From the NCBI GenBank assembly GCA_036272095.1, contig DATAZI010000037.1, positions 9,823 to 73,822 of the forward strand: DNA of 64,000 bases. The letters are read 5' to 3'. The notes beneath the pieces were generated by a model. The model was given only the letters and a program-made list of their open reading frames with translations. It did not search any database and was not told where the DNA came from. The DNA comes from Marmoricola sp. Lineage in GTDB: Bacteria; Actinomycetota; Actinomycetes; Propionibacteriales; Nocardioidaceae. Positions 1 through 13,210 of this stretch are shown here, piece by piece; the first letter of the stretch is position 1; every line of letters starts with the position of its first letter. The position numbers and the translations under genes were made by a program.

Positions 1-389
1 GTGCGATCAAGGACCTCATCGCGACGGCACAGGAGCACCTCGGCGCGACGCTCGCCGATTACCAGATCGGCGTCGAGAGCTCGGCCTCCGAGGTCGTCCT
101 GAGCCCGTCGAAGGCCTACGCGGACGCCCTGCTGGAGAAGGGCACGCTGGGCTCGAGCTCGAAGTTCACCGACGTTGTCCCGAATGCGGACCGCGCCTCG
201 GCGATCATCTACGTCGACTTCGACTCCGCCTGGCGCTCGACGCTGGTCAACCTGATCAAGGACTTCGGTGGGACCGCGAGCGAGGTGGCGTCGGCGGACG
301 CGAACACCGCGCCGCTGAAGTCGCTCGGGATCAGCACCTGGGTCCAGGGGAGTACCAGCCACTTCCTGCTCAAGGTCGCGACCGACTGA
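1..389 (+). CDS. 3' end of a putative DUF3352-like secreted/membrane protein (partial, begins before the window)
   Basis: Open frame from nt 3 to TGA 387-389 (AIKDLIATAQEHLG...YVDFDSAW...LKSLGISTW...FLLKVATD); GC3-rich codons; resembles actinobacterial DUF3352 C-termini. Confidence 0.55.
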   Translation, partial: AIKDLIATAQEHLGATLADYQIGVESSASEVVLSPSKAYADALLEKGTLGSSSKFTDVVPNADRASAIIYVDFDSAWRSTLVNLIKDFGGTASEVASADANTAPLKSLGISTWVQGSTSHFLLKVATD

Positions 390-390
390 G

Positions 391-445
391 GTCGATCAGG
401 GCCGCGTCGATCAGGGCCGGGTCAATCGAGAGCAGGTCGATCAGG
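391..445. repeat. Degenerate 15-bp tandem repeat (GTCGATCAGGGCCGC) between convergent genes
   Basis: gtcgatcagggccgc gtcgatcagggccgg gtcaatcgagagcag gtcgatcagg. Confidence 0.7.
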
Positions 446-932
446 TGTCGCGGCGGATCCTGGCCAGCACGGCACCGGTCACCGTGAGCAGGTCGTGCGG
501 GCTCAGTCCGAGGTCCAGCCCGCGTCGGCCGCCGCTGACGTAGATGGTGCCGCGCTCCACGGCCGAGTCGTCGACGACGGTGCGCAGGGCCCGCTTCTGG
601 CCGATCGGCGAGATGCCGCCGACGACGTACCCGGTCACTCGTGCGGCGAGGCCCGCGTCGGCCATCACGGCCTTCTTGGCGTGCAGTGCCGAGGCCAGAG
701 CCTTGAGGTCGAGCTGGGTGCTGACCGGCACGACGGCTACGACGAGCTTCCCGTCGGCCTCGGCGAGCAAGGTCTTGAAGACGACCTCGGCGGCCAGGCC
801 GAGCGCGTCAGCCGCTTCGAGCCCGTAGGCGGTCACTGCAGGGTCGTGCACATAGCTGTGCACGGTGAAGGCGATGCCTGCGTTGGTCAGGGCCAGCATC
901 GCAGGGGTGCCGGCTGGTGGCTTCGCTGTCAT
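441..932 (-). CDS. ybaK: Cys-tRNA(Pro) deacylase YbaK
   Basis: MTAKPPAGTPA...VFKTLL...GYVVGGISPIGQK...SGGRRGLDL motifs; start taken at ATG 932 rather than the long ORF start. Confidence 0.92.
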   Translation of the reverse strand: MTAKPPAGTPAMLALTNAGIAFTVHSYVHDPAVTAYGLEAADALGLAAEVVFKTLLAEADGKLVVAVVPVSTQLDLKALASALHAKKAVMADAGLAARVTGYVVGGISPIGQKRALRTVVDDSAVERGTIYVSGGRRGLDLGLSPHDLLTVTGAVLARIRRDT

Positions 933-954
933 CGGGGCCGTCCCTGCTCGGGTC

Positions 955-1629
955 CTAGTTGGGGGACCAGCGTGTGCGCGCCACCTCGGTGGCTGGCAGG
1001 CTCGGGATCGCACGCATCGCCCGCATCTCCTGGCGCAGCGTGTAGCGCAGCATCCGCAGCCGCTCGCCGGCGTCCTCGGCCTCGAGGAGCTCCTGGCGCT
1101 CGGACTGGCTGAGCAGGCAGGTCGCTGCCAGCGAGTAGGACAGGTACGTCGGGTCTGCCGGCATCGGCCCGGCCAGTACCGGCCCGCCGCGGAGCTCGGA
1201 GAGCTGCTCGCGGTACTCCTCGAAGGTGTCCAGCGTCCGGCTCGCCTCCTCCGGGGCCAGCGGGTCGCCGGCATCGGCTGCGTCGTCGAGCAGGTCGCAG
1301 GCAGCGCGCAGGTACTCCCCACTGCCGTCCACCTCGTTGAGCACGACCCGCTGCCGCCCGGTGACCTCGATGTCGAACCGGCCGTCGTCGTACCGCTCGG
1401 AGTCGGTCAGCTGCACCAGGGTCCCGGTCCTGGCCATCGACTGCATCCCGTGGTCGCCGACCTCGTATCCCTCGCGGATGGCGACCACGGCGAAGACCCG
1501 CTCGGCCGGGTCGGCGATCTTCAGCAGGTCGCGCATCAGGGCCCGGTACCGGTCCTCGAAGACGTGTAGCGGCGTGACGACGCCGGGGAACAGCACCGCG
1601 TTCAGCGGGAACACCGGGATCATCGTCAC
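955..1629 (-). CDS. LON peptidase substrate-binding domain protein
   Basis: IPVFPLNAVLFPG...PLHVFEDRYR...DGRFDI signature; TAGGTT 6 nt before GTG. Confidence 0.88.
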   Translation of the reverse strand: MTMIPVFPLNAVLFPGVVTPLHVFEDRYRALMRDLLKIADPAERVFAVVAIREGYEVGDHGMQSMARTGTLVQLTDSERYDDGRFDIEVTGRQRVVLNEVDGSGEYLRAACDLLDDAADAGDPLAPEEASRTLDTFEEYREQLSELRGGPVLAGPMPADPTYLSYSLAATCLLSQSERQELLEAEDAGERLRMLRYTLRQEMRAMRAIPSLPATEVARTRWSPN

Positions 1630-1722
1630 AACGCCAACCTAGACGGTCCCCGGTACCGGGACCGGTGACCGAGCGGTGAAATCGGGTCGGTGTCTCGCGC
1701 CCGCCTTCCCTAGACTGGGCCC

Positions 1723-3042
1723 ATGCTGCGCAGGATCGATCTGAGGGACGCAGGCTCGCGCGCCGGGCCGGACGTCCCCGACTACCGGACCATGGTGCCA
1801 AGGGCCGACTTCGACGTCGAGTCCGCGCTGCACGTCGTCCGGCCGATCTGCGACGCCGTGCGCGACCGCGGTGTCGAGGCGATCCTGGAGTACTCGGCGA
1901 AGTTCGACGGCGTCGAGGGCACCACCATCACGGTGCCCACCGAGGCGCTGACCCGGGCGCTGGCCGAGCTCGACCCGGCCGTCCGCGCCGGCCTGGAGGA
2001 GTCGATCCGACGGCTGCGGACGACCTGCGAGGCCGAGATCGAGCGCAACGTCGTTACCGACCTCGGGCCCGGGGCGCGGGTCACCCAGCGGATGATCCCC
2101 GTCGACCGGGTGGGGCTCTACGTCCCGGGCGGTGTCGCCCCGCTGGTCTCCAGCGTGGTGATGAACGTGGTCCCGGCGCAGGTCGCTGGCGTCGGCTCGA
2201 TCGCGCTGACCAGCTCGCCGCAAAAAGACTTCGACGGCCTGCCGCACCCCACGATCCTGGCCGCCTGCGCGCTGCTCGGCATCGAGGAGGTCTACGCCGT
2301 CGGCGGGGCCCAGGCGATCGCGATGCTGGCCTACGGCGCCGGGCCGTGCCGCAAGGTCGACCTGGTCACCGGCCCGGGCAACATCTACACGGTCTCTGCC
2401 AAGCGGCTGCTCAAGGGGATCGTCGGGATCGACTCCGAGGCCGGGCCGACCGAGATCGCAATCCTGGCCGACGACAGTGCTGACGCGGCGTACGTCGCTG
2501 CCGACCTGATCAGCCAGGCCGAGCACGACCCGATGGCCGCCTCGGTGCTGGTCACCGACTCCCTCCGGCTGGCCGACGACGTCGACGTCGAGCTCGACAA
2601 GCAGGTCGCCGCCACCCGGCACGTCGAGCGGATCCGGACTGCTCTGGCCGGCGCCCAGTCCGGGATCGTGCTGGTCGACGACGTCGACCAGGGTCTCGAC
2701 GTGGTCAACGCCTACGCCGCAGAGCACCTCGAGATCCACACCGTCGACGCTCCAGCAGTCGCCGCCCGCGTCCGCAACGCCGGCGCGGTCTTCGTCGGAG
2801 AGTTCGCCCCCGTCTCGCTCGGCGACTACTGCGCTGGCTCCAACCACGTGCTGCCCACGGCGGGCTGCGCCTGCCACTCCTCGGGCCTCTCGGTCCGGGC
2901 GTTCCTGCGTGCCGTGCACGTCATCGAGTACACGCGCGACGCGCTGGTCGAGGTCGGCCAGCACGTGATGACCCTCGCCGACGCCGAGGACCTGCCCGGC
3001 CACGGCGCGGCGGTCCGGGTGCGGCTGGAGTCGGCTCAATGA
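1723..3042 (+). CDS. hisD: Histidinol dehydrogenase
   Basis: [45 protein letters not shown] motifs. Confidence 0.98.
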   Translation: MLRRIDLRDAGSRAGPDVPDYRTMVPRADFDVESALHVVRPICDAVRDRGVEAILEYSAKFDGVEGTTITVPTEALTRALAELDPAVRAGLEESIRRLRTTCEAEIERNVVTDLGPGARVTQRMIPVDRVGLYVPGGVAPLVSSVVMNVVPAQVAGVGSIALTSSPQKDFDGLPHPTILAACALLGIEEVYAVGGAQAIAMLAYGAGPCRKVDLVTGPGNIYTVSAKRLLKGIVGIDSEAGPTEIAILADDSADAAYVAADLISQAEHDPMAASVLVTDSLRLADDVDVELDKQVAATRHVERIRTALAGAQSGIVLVDDVDQGLDVVNAYAAEHLEIHTVDAPAVAARVRNAGAVFVGEFAPVSLGDYCAGSNHVLPTAGCACHSSGLSVRAFLRAVHVIEYTRDALVEVGQHVMTLADAEDLPGHGAAVRVRLESAQ

Positions 3043-4145
3043 TCTTCCCGCCCCTGCGCGAGGAGCTCCGGGGCGTCGAGCCGTACGGCGCGCCCCAGCT
3101 CGACGTGCCCGTCTGTCTCAACGTCAACGAGAACCCGTACTCGCCGTCGGCTGCCGTCGTCGCGGACATCGCGTCGTCGGTCGCTGCTGCCGCCGCATCC
3201 CTGAACCGCTACCCGGACCGGGAGTTCACCGGGCTGCGCGAAGGCCTCGCGGCGTACCTGAACACCTCAGGCGGGGCCGGCATCACGCCCGAGACGGTGT
3301 GGGCAGCCAACGGCTCCAACGAGATCATGCTGCAGCTCCTGCAGGCGTTCGGGGGGCCGGGCCGGACCGCGGTCTCCTTCGCCCCGACGTACTCGATGTA
3401 CCCGGAGTACGCCCGCGACACCAGCACCGCCTGGGTGGCCGGGCGCCGCCACGACGACTTCTCCTTCGACCTCGAGCACGCCGCCGCGCTGATCGCCGAG
3501 CACGCCCCGGACGTGGTGCTGCTGCCCTCGCCGAACAACCCGACGGGGACGGCCCTGCCGCACGCGGTGATCGGGAGGCTCTGCGAGCTGCTGCCCGAGG
3601 GCATCGTGGTGATCGACGAGGCGTATGGCGAGTTCCGGCGCGAGGGAGTCCCCTCGGCGCTCGAGCTGCTGCCCGTGCACCGCAACCTGGTGGTCACCCG
3701 GACGATGAGCAAGGCGTTCGCGCTGGCCGGGGCGCGCCTGGGCTATCTGGCCGCGGCGCCGGAGATCTGCGACGCGCTGCGGGTGGTCCGGCTGCCGTAC
3801 CACCTCTCCGCGGTGACCCAGGCGACAGCCAGCGCAGCCCTGCGGCACGCCGGCGAGCTGCTCGCCAGGGTGGCCGAGCTCCGCGAGGAGCGCGACGCCA
3901 CGGTCGAGTGGTTGCGCGCGCAGGGGCACGCCGTGGCCGACTCGGATGCGAATTTCGTCCTGTTCGGTGTCTTCGCAGACCGGCGCGCGGTATGGCAGGG
4001 GCTGCTCGATCGAGGGGTGCTGATCCGGGAGACTGGGCCCGAAGGCTGGCTCCGCGTCTCGATCGGGACCGCCGCAGAGATGATGGCGTTCAAGGACGCC
4101 CTGACCGAGACACTGACCGTGATGCTGAAGAAGGAGACGCAATGA
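3039..4145 (+). CDS. hisC: Histidinol-phosphate aminotransferase
   Basis: [42 protein letters not shown]; ATGA overlap with hisD. Confidence 0.97.
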   Translation: MIFPPLREELRGVEPYGAPQLDVPVCLNVNENPYSPSAAVVADIASSVAAAAASLNRYPDREFTGLREGLAAYLNTSGGAGITPETVWAANGSNEIMLQLLQAFGGPGRTAVSFAPTYSMYPEYARDTSTAWVAGRRHDDFSFDLEHAAALIAEHAPDVVLLPSPNNPTGTALPHAVIGRLCELLPEGIVVIDEAYGEFRREGVPSALELLPVHRNLVVTRTMSKAFALAGARLGYLAAAPEICDALRVVRLPYHLSAVTQATASAALRHAGELLARVAELREERDATVEWLRAQGHAVADSDANFVLFGVFADRRAVWQGLLDRGVLIRETGPEGWLRVSIGTAAEMMAFKDALTETLTVMLKKETQ

Positions 4146-4741
4146 GCCGCAAGGTTCGCCTGGAGCGGGAGACCAAGGAGTCCAAGGTCCTCGTCGAGCT
4201 CGACCTCGACGGCAGCGGCCGGACCGAGATCTCCACCGGCGTCGGCTTCTATGACCACATGCTCACCGCGCTCGGCCGGCACGGCCTGTTCGACCTGACC
4301 GTGCGCACCGAGGGCGATACCCACATCGACGCCCACCACACCGTCGAGGACACCGCGATCGTTCTCGGCGACGCGCTGCACCAGGCGCTGGGCGACAAGG
4401 CCGGCATCCGCCGTTTCGGCGACTCCCTGGTGCCGTTGGACGAGGCGCTGGTGCAATGCGCCGTGGATGTCTCCGGCCGCCCGTACTGTGTCCATCTCGG
4501 GGAGCCTGAAGGGCAGCAGTTCGTCTCGATCGGCGACGCCTACCTCGGCTCGCTGACCCGACACGTCTTCGAAACGCTGGCGCACCACGGACAGCTCGCG
4601 CTGCACGTGCGGGTGCTCTCGGGTCGGGACCCGCACCACATCGTGGAGGCGCAGTTCAAGGCCGTGGCCCGTGCGCTGCGCGATGCCGTCGCGCTCGATC
4701 CGCGCGAGACCGGCGTGCCCTCGACCAAGGGACTTCTGTGA
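4142..4741 (+). CDS. hisB: Imidazoleglycerol-phosphate dehydratase
   Basis: Starts ATG 4142 ([14 protein letters not shown]); [29 protein letters not shown] motifs. Confidence 0.97.
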   Translation: MSRKVRLERETKESKVLVELDLDGSGRTEISTGVGFYDHMLTALGRHGLFDLTVRTEGDTHIDAHHTVEDTAIVLGDALHQALGDKAGIRRFGDSLVPLDEALVQCAVDVSGRPYCVHLGEPEGQQFVSIGDAYLGSLTRHVFETLAHHGQLALHVRVLSGRDPHHIVEAQFKAVARALRDAVALDPRETGVPSTKGLL

Positions 4742-5436
4742 CGTCGGTTCTCCAGGCGGGCGCCGAGCGCCCTTCTCGAGGGGCTCCGCGGGTCGTCGTC
4801 CTCGACTACGGCTCAGGCAACATCAGGTCCGCCGTCCGGGCGCTGGAGCGTGCCGGTGCGCAGGTCGAGCTGACCTCGAGCAAGGCGGCTGCGCTCGCCG
4901 CTGACGGCCTGGTCGTCCCGGGCGTCGGAGCGTACGCAGCGTGCATGGCCGGGCTGCTCGCGGTCAAGGGGCCCGAGATCATCGGGCGTCGGCTGGCCGG
5001 GGGCCGGCCGGTGCTCGGGATCTGCGTGGGCATGCAGGTGCTGTTCGGGCACGGCGTCGAGCACGGCGTGACCACCGAAGGCTGCGGCGAGTGGCCGGGC
5101 ACTGTCGAGCGGTTGCAGGCGCCGGTGGTGCCGCACATGGGCTGGAACACCGTCGACGTCCCCGAGGGCAGCACCCTGTTCGACGGGGTCGCGGGGGAGC
5201 GGTTCTACTTCGTGCACTCCTACGGCGTCCGGGACTGGGAGCTGGTCACCAACAACAGGACGAGGGCGCCGCAGGTCACCTGGTCCGAGACCGGATCGGC
5301 CCCCGGGGCCGGCGACCGGTTCGTGGCGGCGGTCGAGAACGGGCCGCTGTGCGCGACCCAGTTCCACCCCGAGAAGTCCGGCGACGCCGGCGCCCGGCTG
5401 CTGGCCAACTGGGTCGGCTCGCTGGTGGCCCGGTGA
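4738..5436 (+). CDS. hisH: Imidazole glycerol phosphate synthase glutaminase subunit
   Basis: [39 protein letters not shown]. Confidence 0.97.
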   Translation: MTSVLQAGAERPSRGAPRVVVLDYGSGNIRSAVRALERAGAQVELTSSKAAALAADGLVVPGVGAYAACMAGLLAVKGPEIIGRRLAGGRPVLGICVGMQVLFGHGVEHGVTTEGCGEWPGTVERLQAPVVPHMGWNTVDVPEGSTLFDGVAGERFYFVHSYGVRDWELVTNNRTRAPQVTWSETGSAPGAGDRFVAAVENGPLCATQFHPEKSGDAGARLLANWVGSLVAR

Positions 5437-5473
5437 GTGATCCGGTGAGTGATCCGGTGAGTGGTCCGGTGAG
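5430..5473 (+). repeat. 12-bp tandem repeat (CCGGTGAGTGAT x3.7) at the hisH stop; encodes bridging mini-ORF 5433-5483
   Basis: ccggtgagtgat ccggtgagtgat ccggtgagtggt ccggtgag. Confidence 0.9.
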
Positions 5474-5479
5474 CCGACG

Positions 5480-5815
5480 ATGAGCAAGGAGCGGGCTCGG
5501 CGCCGAGAGGTGCGCGAGCGTGAGGCAGCCGCCCGTGCGCAGACCCGGGCCGTGGCCGTGGCCAAGGCAGCCCGCCGGCGGGTCCGCAAAGCTGCCTGGA
5601 GGCGTCGCCTCGGCCCGTTGCTGCCTGGAGGCCCGACAGGCCGGCAGACCGGGTTGCTGGCCAGCCGCCGGCGTACCCGGCTGAACCTGATCATCGCCTC
5701 GCTGCTCTTCGTCCAGGTCATCACCTGGGTCGTCCGCCCCGACTGGCAGGCCCGCCTTGCAGCAGTCGTCATCGCCGTGATCGCGTTCCCGGTGATCGCG
5801 GCCTTCGCACTCTGA
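5480..5815 (+). CDS. Small membrane protein in the his operon
   Basis: Arg-rich N-terminus (MSKERARRR) plus two C-terminal hydrophobic helices; lies between hisH and priA. Confidence 0.75.
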   Translation: MSKERARRREVREREAAARAQTRAVAVAKAARRRVRKAAWRRRLGPLLPGGPTGRQTGLLASRRRTRLNLIIASLLFVQVITWVVRPDWQARLAAVVIAVIAFPVIAAFAL

Positions 5816-5894
5816 CCCCGCCCGCCTCGATCAACTCACCTGATCAACCCACTCGACCAACCCACCCGCCCGACCCGATCCCTGGAGCCCCACC

Positions 5895-6638
5895 GTGACC
5901 GACCACCTCGAACTGCTGCCGGCCGTGGACATCGCCGACGGCCAGGCCGTCCAGCTCGTCCAGGGCGTCGCGGGCTCGGAGAAGAAGTTCGGAGACCCGA
6001 TCGAGGCTGCCCTGCGCTGGCAGGAGGCCGGCGCCGAGTGGCTGCACCTCGTCGACCTCGACGCTGCGTTCGGGCGCGGCAACAACCGCGAGCTCCAAGC
6101 CGACATCGTCGGCCGGCTCGACATCAAGGTCGAGATGAGCGGCGGTATCCGTGACGACGAGTCGCTGGAGGCTGCGATGGCCGCCGGCTGCCGCCGGGTC
6201 AACATCGGCACCGCGGCACTGGAGCAGCCCGAGTGGTGCGCGCAGGCGATCGCGACCTACGGCGACCGGGTCGCGATCGGGCTCGACGTACGGGGGACGA
6301 CGCTGGCAGCCCGGGGCTGGACCCGCGACGGCGGCGACCTCTACGAGGTGCTGGCCCGCCTCGACGCCGAGGGCTGCGCCCGCTACGTCGTCACCGACGT
6401 CAACAAGGACGGGATGCTCCAGGGCCCGAACCTGGAGCTGCTCACCGATGTCTGCGGTGTCACCGACCGACCGGTGGTCGCCTCGGGCGGTATCACCGAG
6501 CTGGCCGACCTCGAGGCGCTGATGGGCCTGGTCGGAATCGGGGTGGAGGGCGCGATCATCGGCACCGCGCTCTACGAGGGACGGTTCACGCTGACCGAGG
6601 CGCTGCGCCTGACCTGGCCTGACGGAGTCCGCGGATGA
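5895..6638 (+). CDS. priA: Bifunctional HisA/TrpF isomerase PriA
   Basis: [31 protein letters not shown] (PriA-type RGW), VTDVNKDG. Confidence 0.95.
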   Translation: MTDHLELLPAVDIADGQAVQLVQGVAGSEKKFGDPIEAALRWQEAGAEWLHLVDLDAAFGRGNNRELQADIVGRLDIKVEMSGGIRDDESLEAAMAAGCRRVNIGTAALEQPEWCAQAIATYGDRVAIGLDVRGTTLAARGWTRDGGDLYEVLARLDAEGCARYVVTDVNKDGMLQGPNLELLTDVCGVTDRPVVASGGITELADLEALMGLVGIGVEGAIIGTALYEGRFTLTEALRLTWPDGVRG

Positions 6639-7411
6639 GCCTGGCAGTCCGGGTGATCCCGTGCCTCGACGTCGACGGCGGCCGGGTGGTCAAAGGCATC
6701 AACTTCCAAGAGCTGCGCGACGCCGGGGACCCGGTCGAGCTGGCGAAGGTGTACGACGCCGAGGGTGCTGACGAGCTGACCTTCCTCGACATCTCGGCTT
6801 CGCACGAGGGGCGCGCGACCACGATGGAGATCGTCTCGCGCACCGCCGAGCAGGTCTTCATCCCGCTCACCGTCGGAGGGGGCATCAGCAGCGTCGAGGA
6901 CGTCGACCGGCTGCTACGGGCCGGGGCGGACAAGATCGCGGTGAACACCGCGGCGATCACCCGACCCGGGCTCGTCGCCGAGATCGCCGACCGTTTCGGC
7001 AACCAGGTGCTGGTCCTCTCCCTCGACGCCCGACGGGCGCAGCCCGGCTCCGGTCACGTAGGGGACTCAGGGTTCGAGGTCACCACCCACGGCGGGCGCA
7101 AGTCCTCCGGCCTGGACGCGATCGAGTGGGCGGTCCAAGCCGCGGGGCTCGGTGCCGGCGAGATCCTGCTCAACGCGATGGACGCGGACGGGACGCAGGA
7201 CGGGTTCGACCTCGAGCTGATCCGCCAGGTCCGGGCCGCAGTCTCGATCCCGGTGATCGCGAGCGGAGGTGCCGGCGCGGTCGAGCACTTCGCCCCTGCG
7301 ATCGATGCTGGTGCCGATGCCGTCCTGGCCGCGACCGTGTTCCACTTCGGCACCTTGCGGATCGGCGAGGTCAAGGGCGCCCTGAGCCAGGCCGGGTACC
7401 CGGTCCGTTAA
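6635..7411 (+). CDS. hisF: Imidazole glycerol phosphate synthase cyclase subunit
   Basis: [45 protein letters not shown]. Confidence 0.98.
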   Translation: MSLAVRVIPCLDVDGGRVVKGINFQELRDAGDPVELAKVYDAEGADELTFLDISASHEGRATTMEIVSRTAEQVFIPLTVGGGISSVEDVDRLLRAGADKIAVNTAAITRPGLVAEIADRFGNQVLVLSLDARRAQPGSGHVGDSGFEVTTHGGRKSSGLDAIEWAVQAAGLGAGEILLNAMDADGTQDGFDLELIRQVRAAVSIPVIASGGAGAVEHFAPAIDAGADAVLAATVFHFGTLRIGEVKGALSQAGYPVR

Positions 7412-7424
7412 GGGACTACCCGGA

Positions 7425-7535
7425 CTCGCGCCAGCGTGGCCAGGCGTGGCCAGGCGGACGAGGGCGGGCGACCGTCATGCGAGCGAAGCGAGCGGTCGTC
7501 AACCGAGGACGACGCCGACAGACGCCGCGGACGGC
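7425..7535 (+). repeat. Dispersed ~110-bp intergenic repeat, copy 1 (opposite orientation to copies 2 and 3)
   Basis: ggccaggcggacgagggcgggcgacc...agcggtcgtcaaccgaggacgacgccgacagacgccgc aligns by eye to the reverse complement of 52136-52252. Confidence 0.7.
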
Positions 7536-7543
7536 AGTGCTGG

Positions 7544-8380
7544 TCAGTCCGGGAGCCAGCAGAGGCCGTACCGCTGCCCGCCGTTCCACTGCGCCTGGGT
7601 CGGCCACTCGAAGCTCCAGCGCAGCTTGAGGGTGTCGGGCGCGTGCTGCGAGGCCACGTCGCGGCACGCCGACTCGGCCTTGCTGCCGGCGCTCTTGGCG
7701 AGGTAGTGGGTGCCGGCCGGCAGCGCGATCGTCGCCTCTGCGCGCCAGCTGTGGTGCTCGACGCACGGCACCCGCGTGAAGCCGGTCGCACCGGGCGCGG
7801 CGGTGCCGCAGGTGCCGAAGCGGGCCAGGGCGCTGTGCGTGTCGAGCAGCTTGCGGGTGCGTGCCGGCAGGGCGAGGAAGCCGCCTCCCGGAGCCCCGGT
7901 GCCGCCTGCTGAGATGACCAGGTCGCAGCGGTACCAGAGCGCCCCGGCATCGACCTGCGCAGGCGTGGGAGAGAACCAGACCGCCTGGACCTGGCTGAGC
8001 CGCTGGGTCTCGGTGCTGCCGCCGACGTACCGGTCGACGCGGCTGCGGCAGGCAGCGGCGATCTCCTGCTGTACGGCGGTCGACCCGATCGCCAGCAGAT
8101 GCCCGGCGCGGAGCGGGTCGAAGGCCCCGACGTCGACGGTCAGCGACGTATGCCGGCCCGAGCACGGCACCGCGGCTGAGGAGGACGTCTCCTTCAGCGC
8201 GGCGGCGACGGTCAGGTTGTAGCAGGCGGCGAGGGGCGGCGCCTTCGGCGGGTCGGGTGCTGTCGAGGCCTCCGATCCGCTGCCGGCGATCGGTTTGCCG
8301 TTGCCGGCGCAGCCCGCGAGCGCTCCGGCTCCGAGGCCGAGTAGCACCAGGGCGGCCAGCAGACGGCGTACGGCGCTCAC
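7544..8380 (-). CDS. Septum-formation-domain family lipoprotein
   Basis: GTG 8380; lipobox LAGC; Cys pattern VPCSGRH, GALWYRCD, VPCVEHH, WPTQAQW..G.R..LCW. Confidence 0.8.
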   Translation of the reverse strand: MSAVRRLLAALVLLGLGAGALAGCAGNGKPIAGSGSEASTAPDPPKAPPLAACYNLTVAAALKETSSSAAVPCSGRHTSLTVDVGAFDPLRAGHLLAIGSTAVQQEIAAACRSRVDRYVGGSTETQRLSQVQAVWFSPTPAQVDAGALWYRCDLVISAGGTGAPGGGFLALPARTRKLLDTHSALARFGTCGTAAPGATGFTRVPCVEHHSWRAEATIALPAGTHYLAKSAGSKAESACRDVASQHAPDTLKLRWSFEWPTQAQWNGGQRYGLCWLPD

Positions 8381-9174
8381 AGGCTCGTCCTCGCCCAGCA
8401 GATCGAGCGCCGGGTGCCGGTTGCCCAGTCCTCGGCCCCGAACGCGGTGACGGCGAACCCGAAGGACGCGGGGTGATGGAGATAGGTGCCGATGGAGTCG
8501 TGGCAGCGGTCGCGCGAGCGGGCAGCTACGACCCGGTCGCCGGGGTAGGAGGCCGCAGGCTTGCCGATCTCGACCGTGGTCGCGGCCCGCCACGTGTGCG
8601 GAACCGAGCACGGCACCTTGGTCCCGCCGACGACCTCGGCGCCTTGGGAGCAAGTCAACCAGGCGTCCGGCGGCGAGGTGGCGAACATGCCCTCGGCAGG
8701 CGTCGGCAGAGAGGCCAGGGTCCTGGTTCCGCGCGGGCCGCCGACGACGTCGCAGCGGAACCAGCGGGCGCCACGCTGCCAGCCGCGCTCGGACGGTCCG
8801 AACCACGACCAGCTCAGCCAGGCGCGGAGGACCTGGTCCTCGTCGGCGCCGAGGTACGCCCCGAACGCCTTCGTGCAGGCGGCCTCGGCGTAGGTGGCCT
8901 GGCGGGCGTCGTCGTAGGCCTGCCCGGTGCTGCGCGGCAGGGCCCCGACCAGGAACGTCTGAGCGGTGTGCCGGCGGCTGCAGGCGACGACCGTGGTGCT
9001 GTTGCTGGTCGAGTCGAGATCGGCGGCACGCAGGTCGCGGCAGCTGCCCGTGCGGGGCGGCGTGGTGCTGTCTGCGGAGCCGGCCGAGGCGAACGGTGCG
9101 CTGCAGGCGCCGAGCATCAGCGAGCCGAGCACCAGCCCGCAGCTGAGCCCGAGGCGGGCGCTACGTCGAAGCAC
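8377..9174 (-). CDS. Septum-formation-domain family lipoprotein (paralog)
   Basis: Lipobox LGAC; VACSRRHTAQT, GARWFRCDVV, VPCSVPH, W..GTRRSICW; GTGA overlap with the next gene. Confidence 0.8.
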   Translation of the reverse strand: MLRRSARLGLSCGLVLGSLMLGACSAPFASAGSADSTTPPRTGSCRDLRAADLDSTSNSTTVVACSRRHTAQTFLVGALPRSTGQAYDDARQATYAEAACTKAFGAYLGADEDQVLRAWLSWSWFGPSERGWQRGARWFRCDVVGGPRGTRTLASLPTPAEGMFATSPPDAWLTCSQGAEVVGGTKVPCSVPHTWRAATTVEIGKPAASYPGDRVVAARSRDRCHDSIGTYLHHPASFGFAVTAFGAEDWATGTRRSICWARTSL

Positions 9175-9182
9175 CGACCCTC

Positions 9183-9689
9183 CTAGCCTGCGACCAACGC
9201 GGCGATCGTACCGCCCAGGTCGTAGGCCTTCTCCTGCTCCTGGCCGGTCACCTCGCCCAGAGCCTCGAGGACCTCGTAGCCCTGCTGCCAGCCGAGCGCC
9301 CCGGTGATCGCGAGGACCGAGCGCACCGCGCCGGTGGTGTCGTAGCGGCCGTGGACGTAGAGCCCGAACGGCCTTCGAGCAGTCCGCGACCCGCCGTCGC
9401 CAGCGCCTCCGCCAGCATCGAGCGCGCCACCGATCTGCAGGAACGTGGAGTCGAAGACGTGCTTGAGGGCGCCGGACATGTACCCGAAGTTCGCTGTCGT
9501 GCCCAGGACGTAGCCGTCGGCAGCGAGCAGGTCCGTGGAGTCCGCCCCGCCGCGGGCGAACGCCAGGGCGTCGGTCACCACGACCTCGACACCGGTGATC
9601 GCGTCGTCGTGCGCTCCGGCGACGACAGCGTCGGTCAGCGCCCGCAGAGCAGCGGTCGGTGAGTGGTGGAGGATCAGGAGGCGCGGCAC
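9183..9689 (-). CDS. Flavodoxin-like (NAD(P)H-dependent oxidoreductase family) protein
   Basis: LLILHHSPT, ADGYVLGTTANFGYMSGALKHVFD, YVHGRYDTTGA. Confidence 0.85.
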   Translation of the reverse strand: MPRLLILHHSPTAALRALTDAVVAGAHDDAITGVEVVVTDALAFARGGADSTDLLAADGYVLGTTANFGYMSGALKHVFDSTFLQIGGALDAGGGAGDGGSRTARRPFGLYVHGRYDTTGAVRSVLAITGALGWQQGYEVLEALGEVTGQEQEKAYDLGGTIAALVAG

Positions 9690-9812
9690 CTGACCAGTGT
9701 GGCGGACCGGGCTCGGAGTCTCACCGGGCTGTTACGGGCTCGACGAACGGGCAACGCCGCGTCGCTACGGGCTCGACCCGCGGCGGACGGGTTGGGCTAT
9801 GCTGGGCAGGTC

Positions 9813-12153
<2,341 letters not shown>

Positions 12154-12243
12154 CGGGCCAGTCTCGCCACACCGGAACGACACCGCGAGCCGTTTTGGCC
12201 CGGACCGCCCTTCGGCAGCGCAGGGACGCCCTAACCTCGTCCT

Positions 12244-13098
12244 ATGACGCTCGTCTCCGAACGCATCGGACAGTTCTTCTGCGAGGACCACCGCCTCGAG
12301 TACACCGAGTTCGGCTCGGGAGACCACTGGGTCGTGCTGCTCTCGGGTCAGCTGATGCCGCGTTCGATGCACCAGCGGCTCGCTCGCCGGATCGCGGGGA
12401 CGGGCGCGCACGTCGTCACCGTCGACCTGCTCGGCCATGGCCGCTCGGACCGACCGGCCGACCCGCTGCTCTACTCCGCGACGGCCTTCGGCGAGCAGGT
12501 CATCGCCCTGCTCGACCACCTCGGCGCCGAGCGTGCGGTCCTCGGCGGCACCTCGCTGGGCGCCAACGTCGCGCTCGAGGCCGCGGTCCTCGCACCCGAG
12601 CGGGTCAAGGGCCTGATCCTGGAGATGCCGGTCCTCGACAATGCCGTCGAGGCCGGCATCGTGGCGTTCGCGCCGCTGCTGCTCGTTGCCCGGGTCGCAC
12701 CGCTCGCGGTGACCGGCGTCCGGCTGCTCTCCCGGACCGTGCCGCGCGGCATCGTCCCGTTCTGGGTCGGCGTCGGCCTCGACAGCCTCGACCAGCGGCC
12801 GGCCGCCCTCGCCGCCACCGTGCACGGCCTGTTCTTCGGCCGCACCGCACCCGGCGCCAAGCAGCGTGCCGCGATCGACGTACCGGCCCTGGTGATCGGC
12901 CACGACCACGACTTGGTGCACCCCGCGGCGGACGCCGCGATGCTCGCCGAGGAGCTCGCCGACTCCCGCTTCGTCGCCGCCCGCAGCGCGCTGGAATGGC
13001 GCGTCAGACCGCGGCGCCTCGACGAGGCCGCAACGGCGTTCGTGGCCGAGTGCTGGGCGCGCCCGGAGAGCGGAAGGCTGCTCGACGCGTCGTCCTGA
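12244..13098 (+). CDS. Alpha/beta fold hydrolase
   Basis: VDLLGHGRSD, nucleophile elbow GTSLG; TAACCT 6 nt before ATG. Confidence 0.9.
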   Translation: MTLVSERIGQFFCEDHRLEYTEFGSGDHWVVLLSGQLMPRSMHQRLARRIAGTGAHVVTVDLLGHGRSDRPADPLLYSATAFGEQVIALLDHLGAERAVLGGTSLGANVALEAAVLAPERVKGLILEMPVLDNAVEAGIVAFAPLLLVARVAPLAVTGVRLLSRTVPRGIVPFWVGVGLDSLDQRPAALAATVHGLFFGRTAPGAKQRAAIDVPALVIGHDHDLVHPAADAAMLAEELADSRFVAARSALEWRVRPRRLDEAATAFVAECWARPESGRLLDASS

Positions 13099-13210
13099 CG
13101 GCGCTGCCGCGCTTTGCGCAATACCGGGCGACGGCCCGGCCCGGCTACTAGTCTCGACGAGCAGTCTGATCCGAGACGCCGGATACTCGCTGAAGGAGGG
13201 GGCGGATCGC

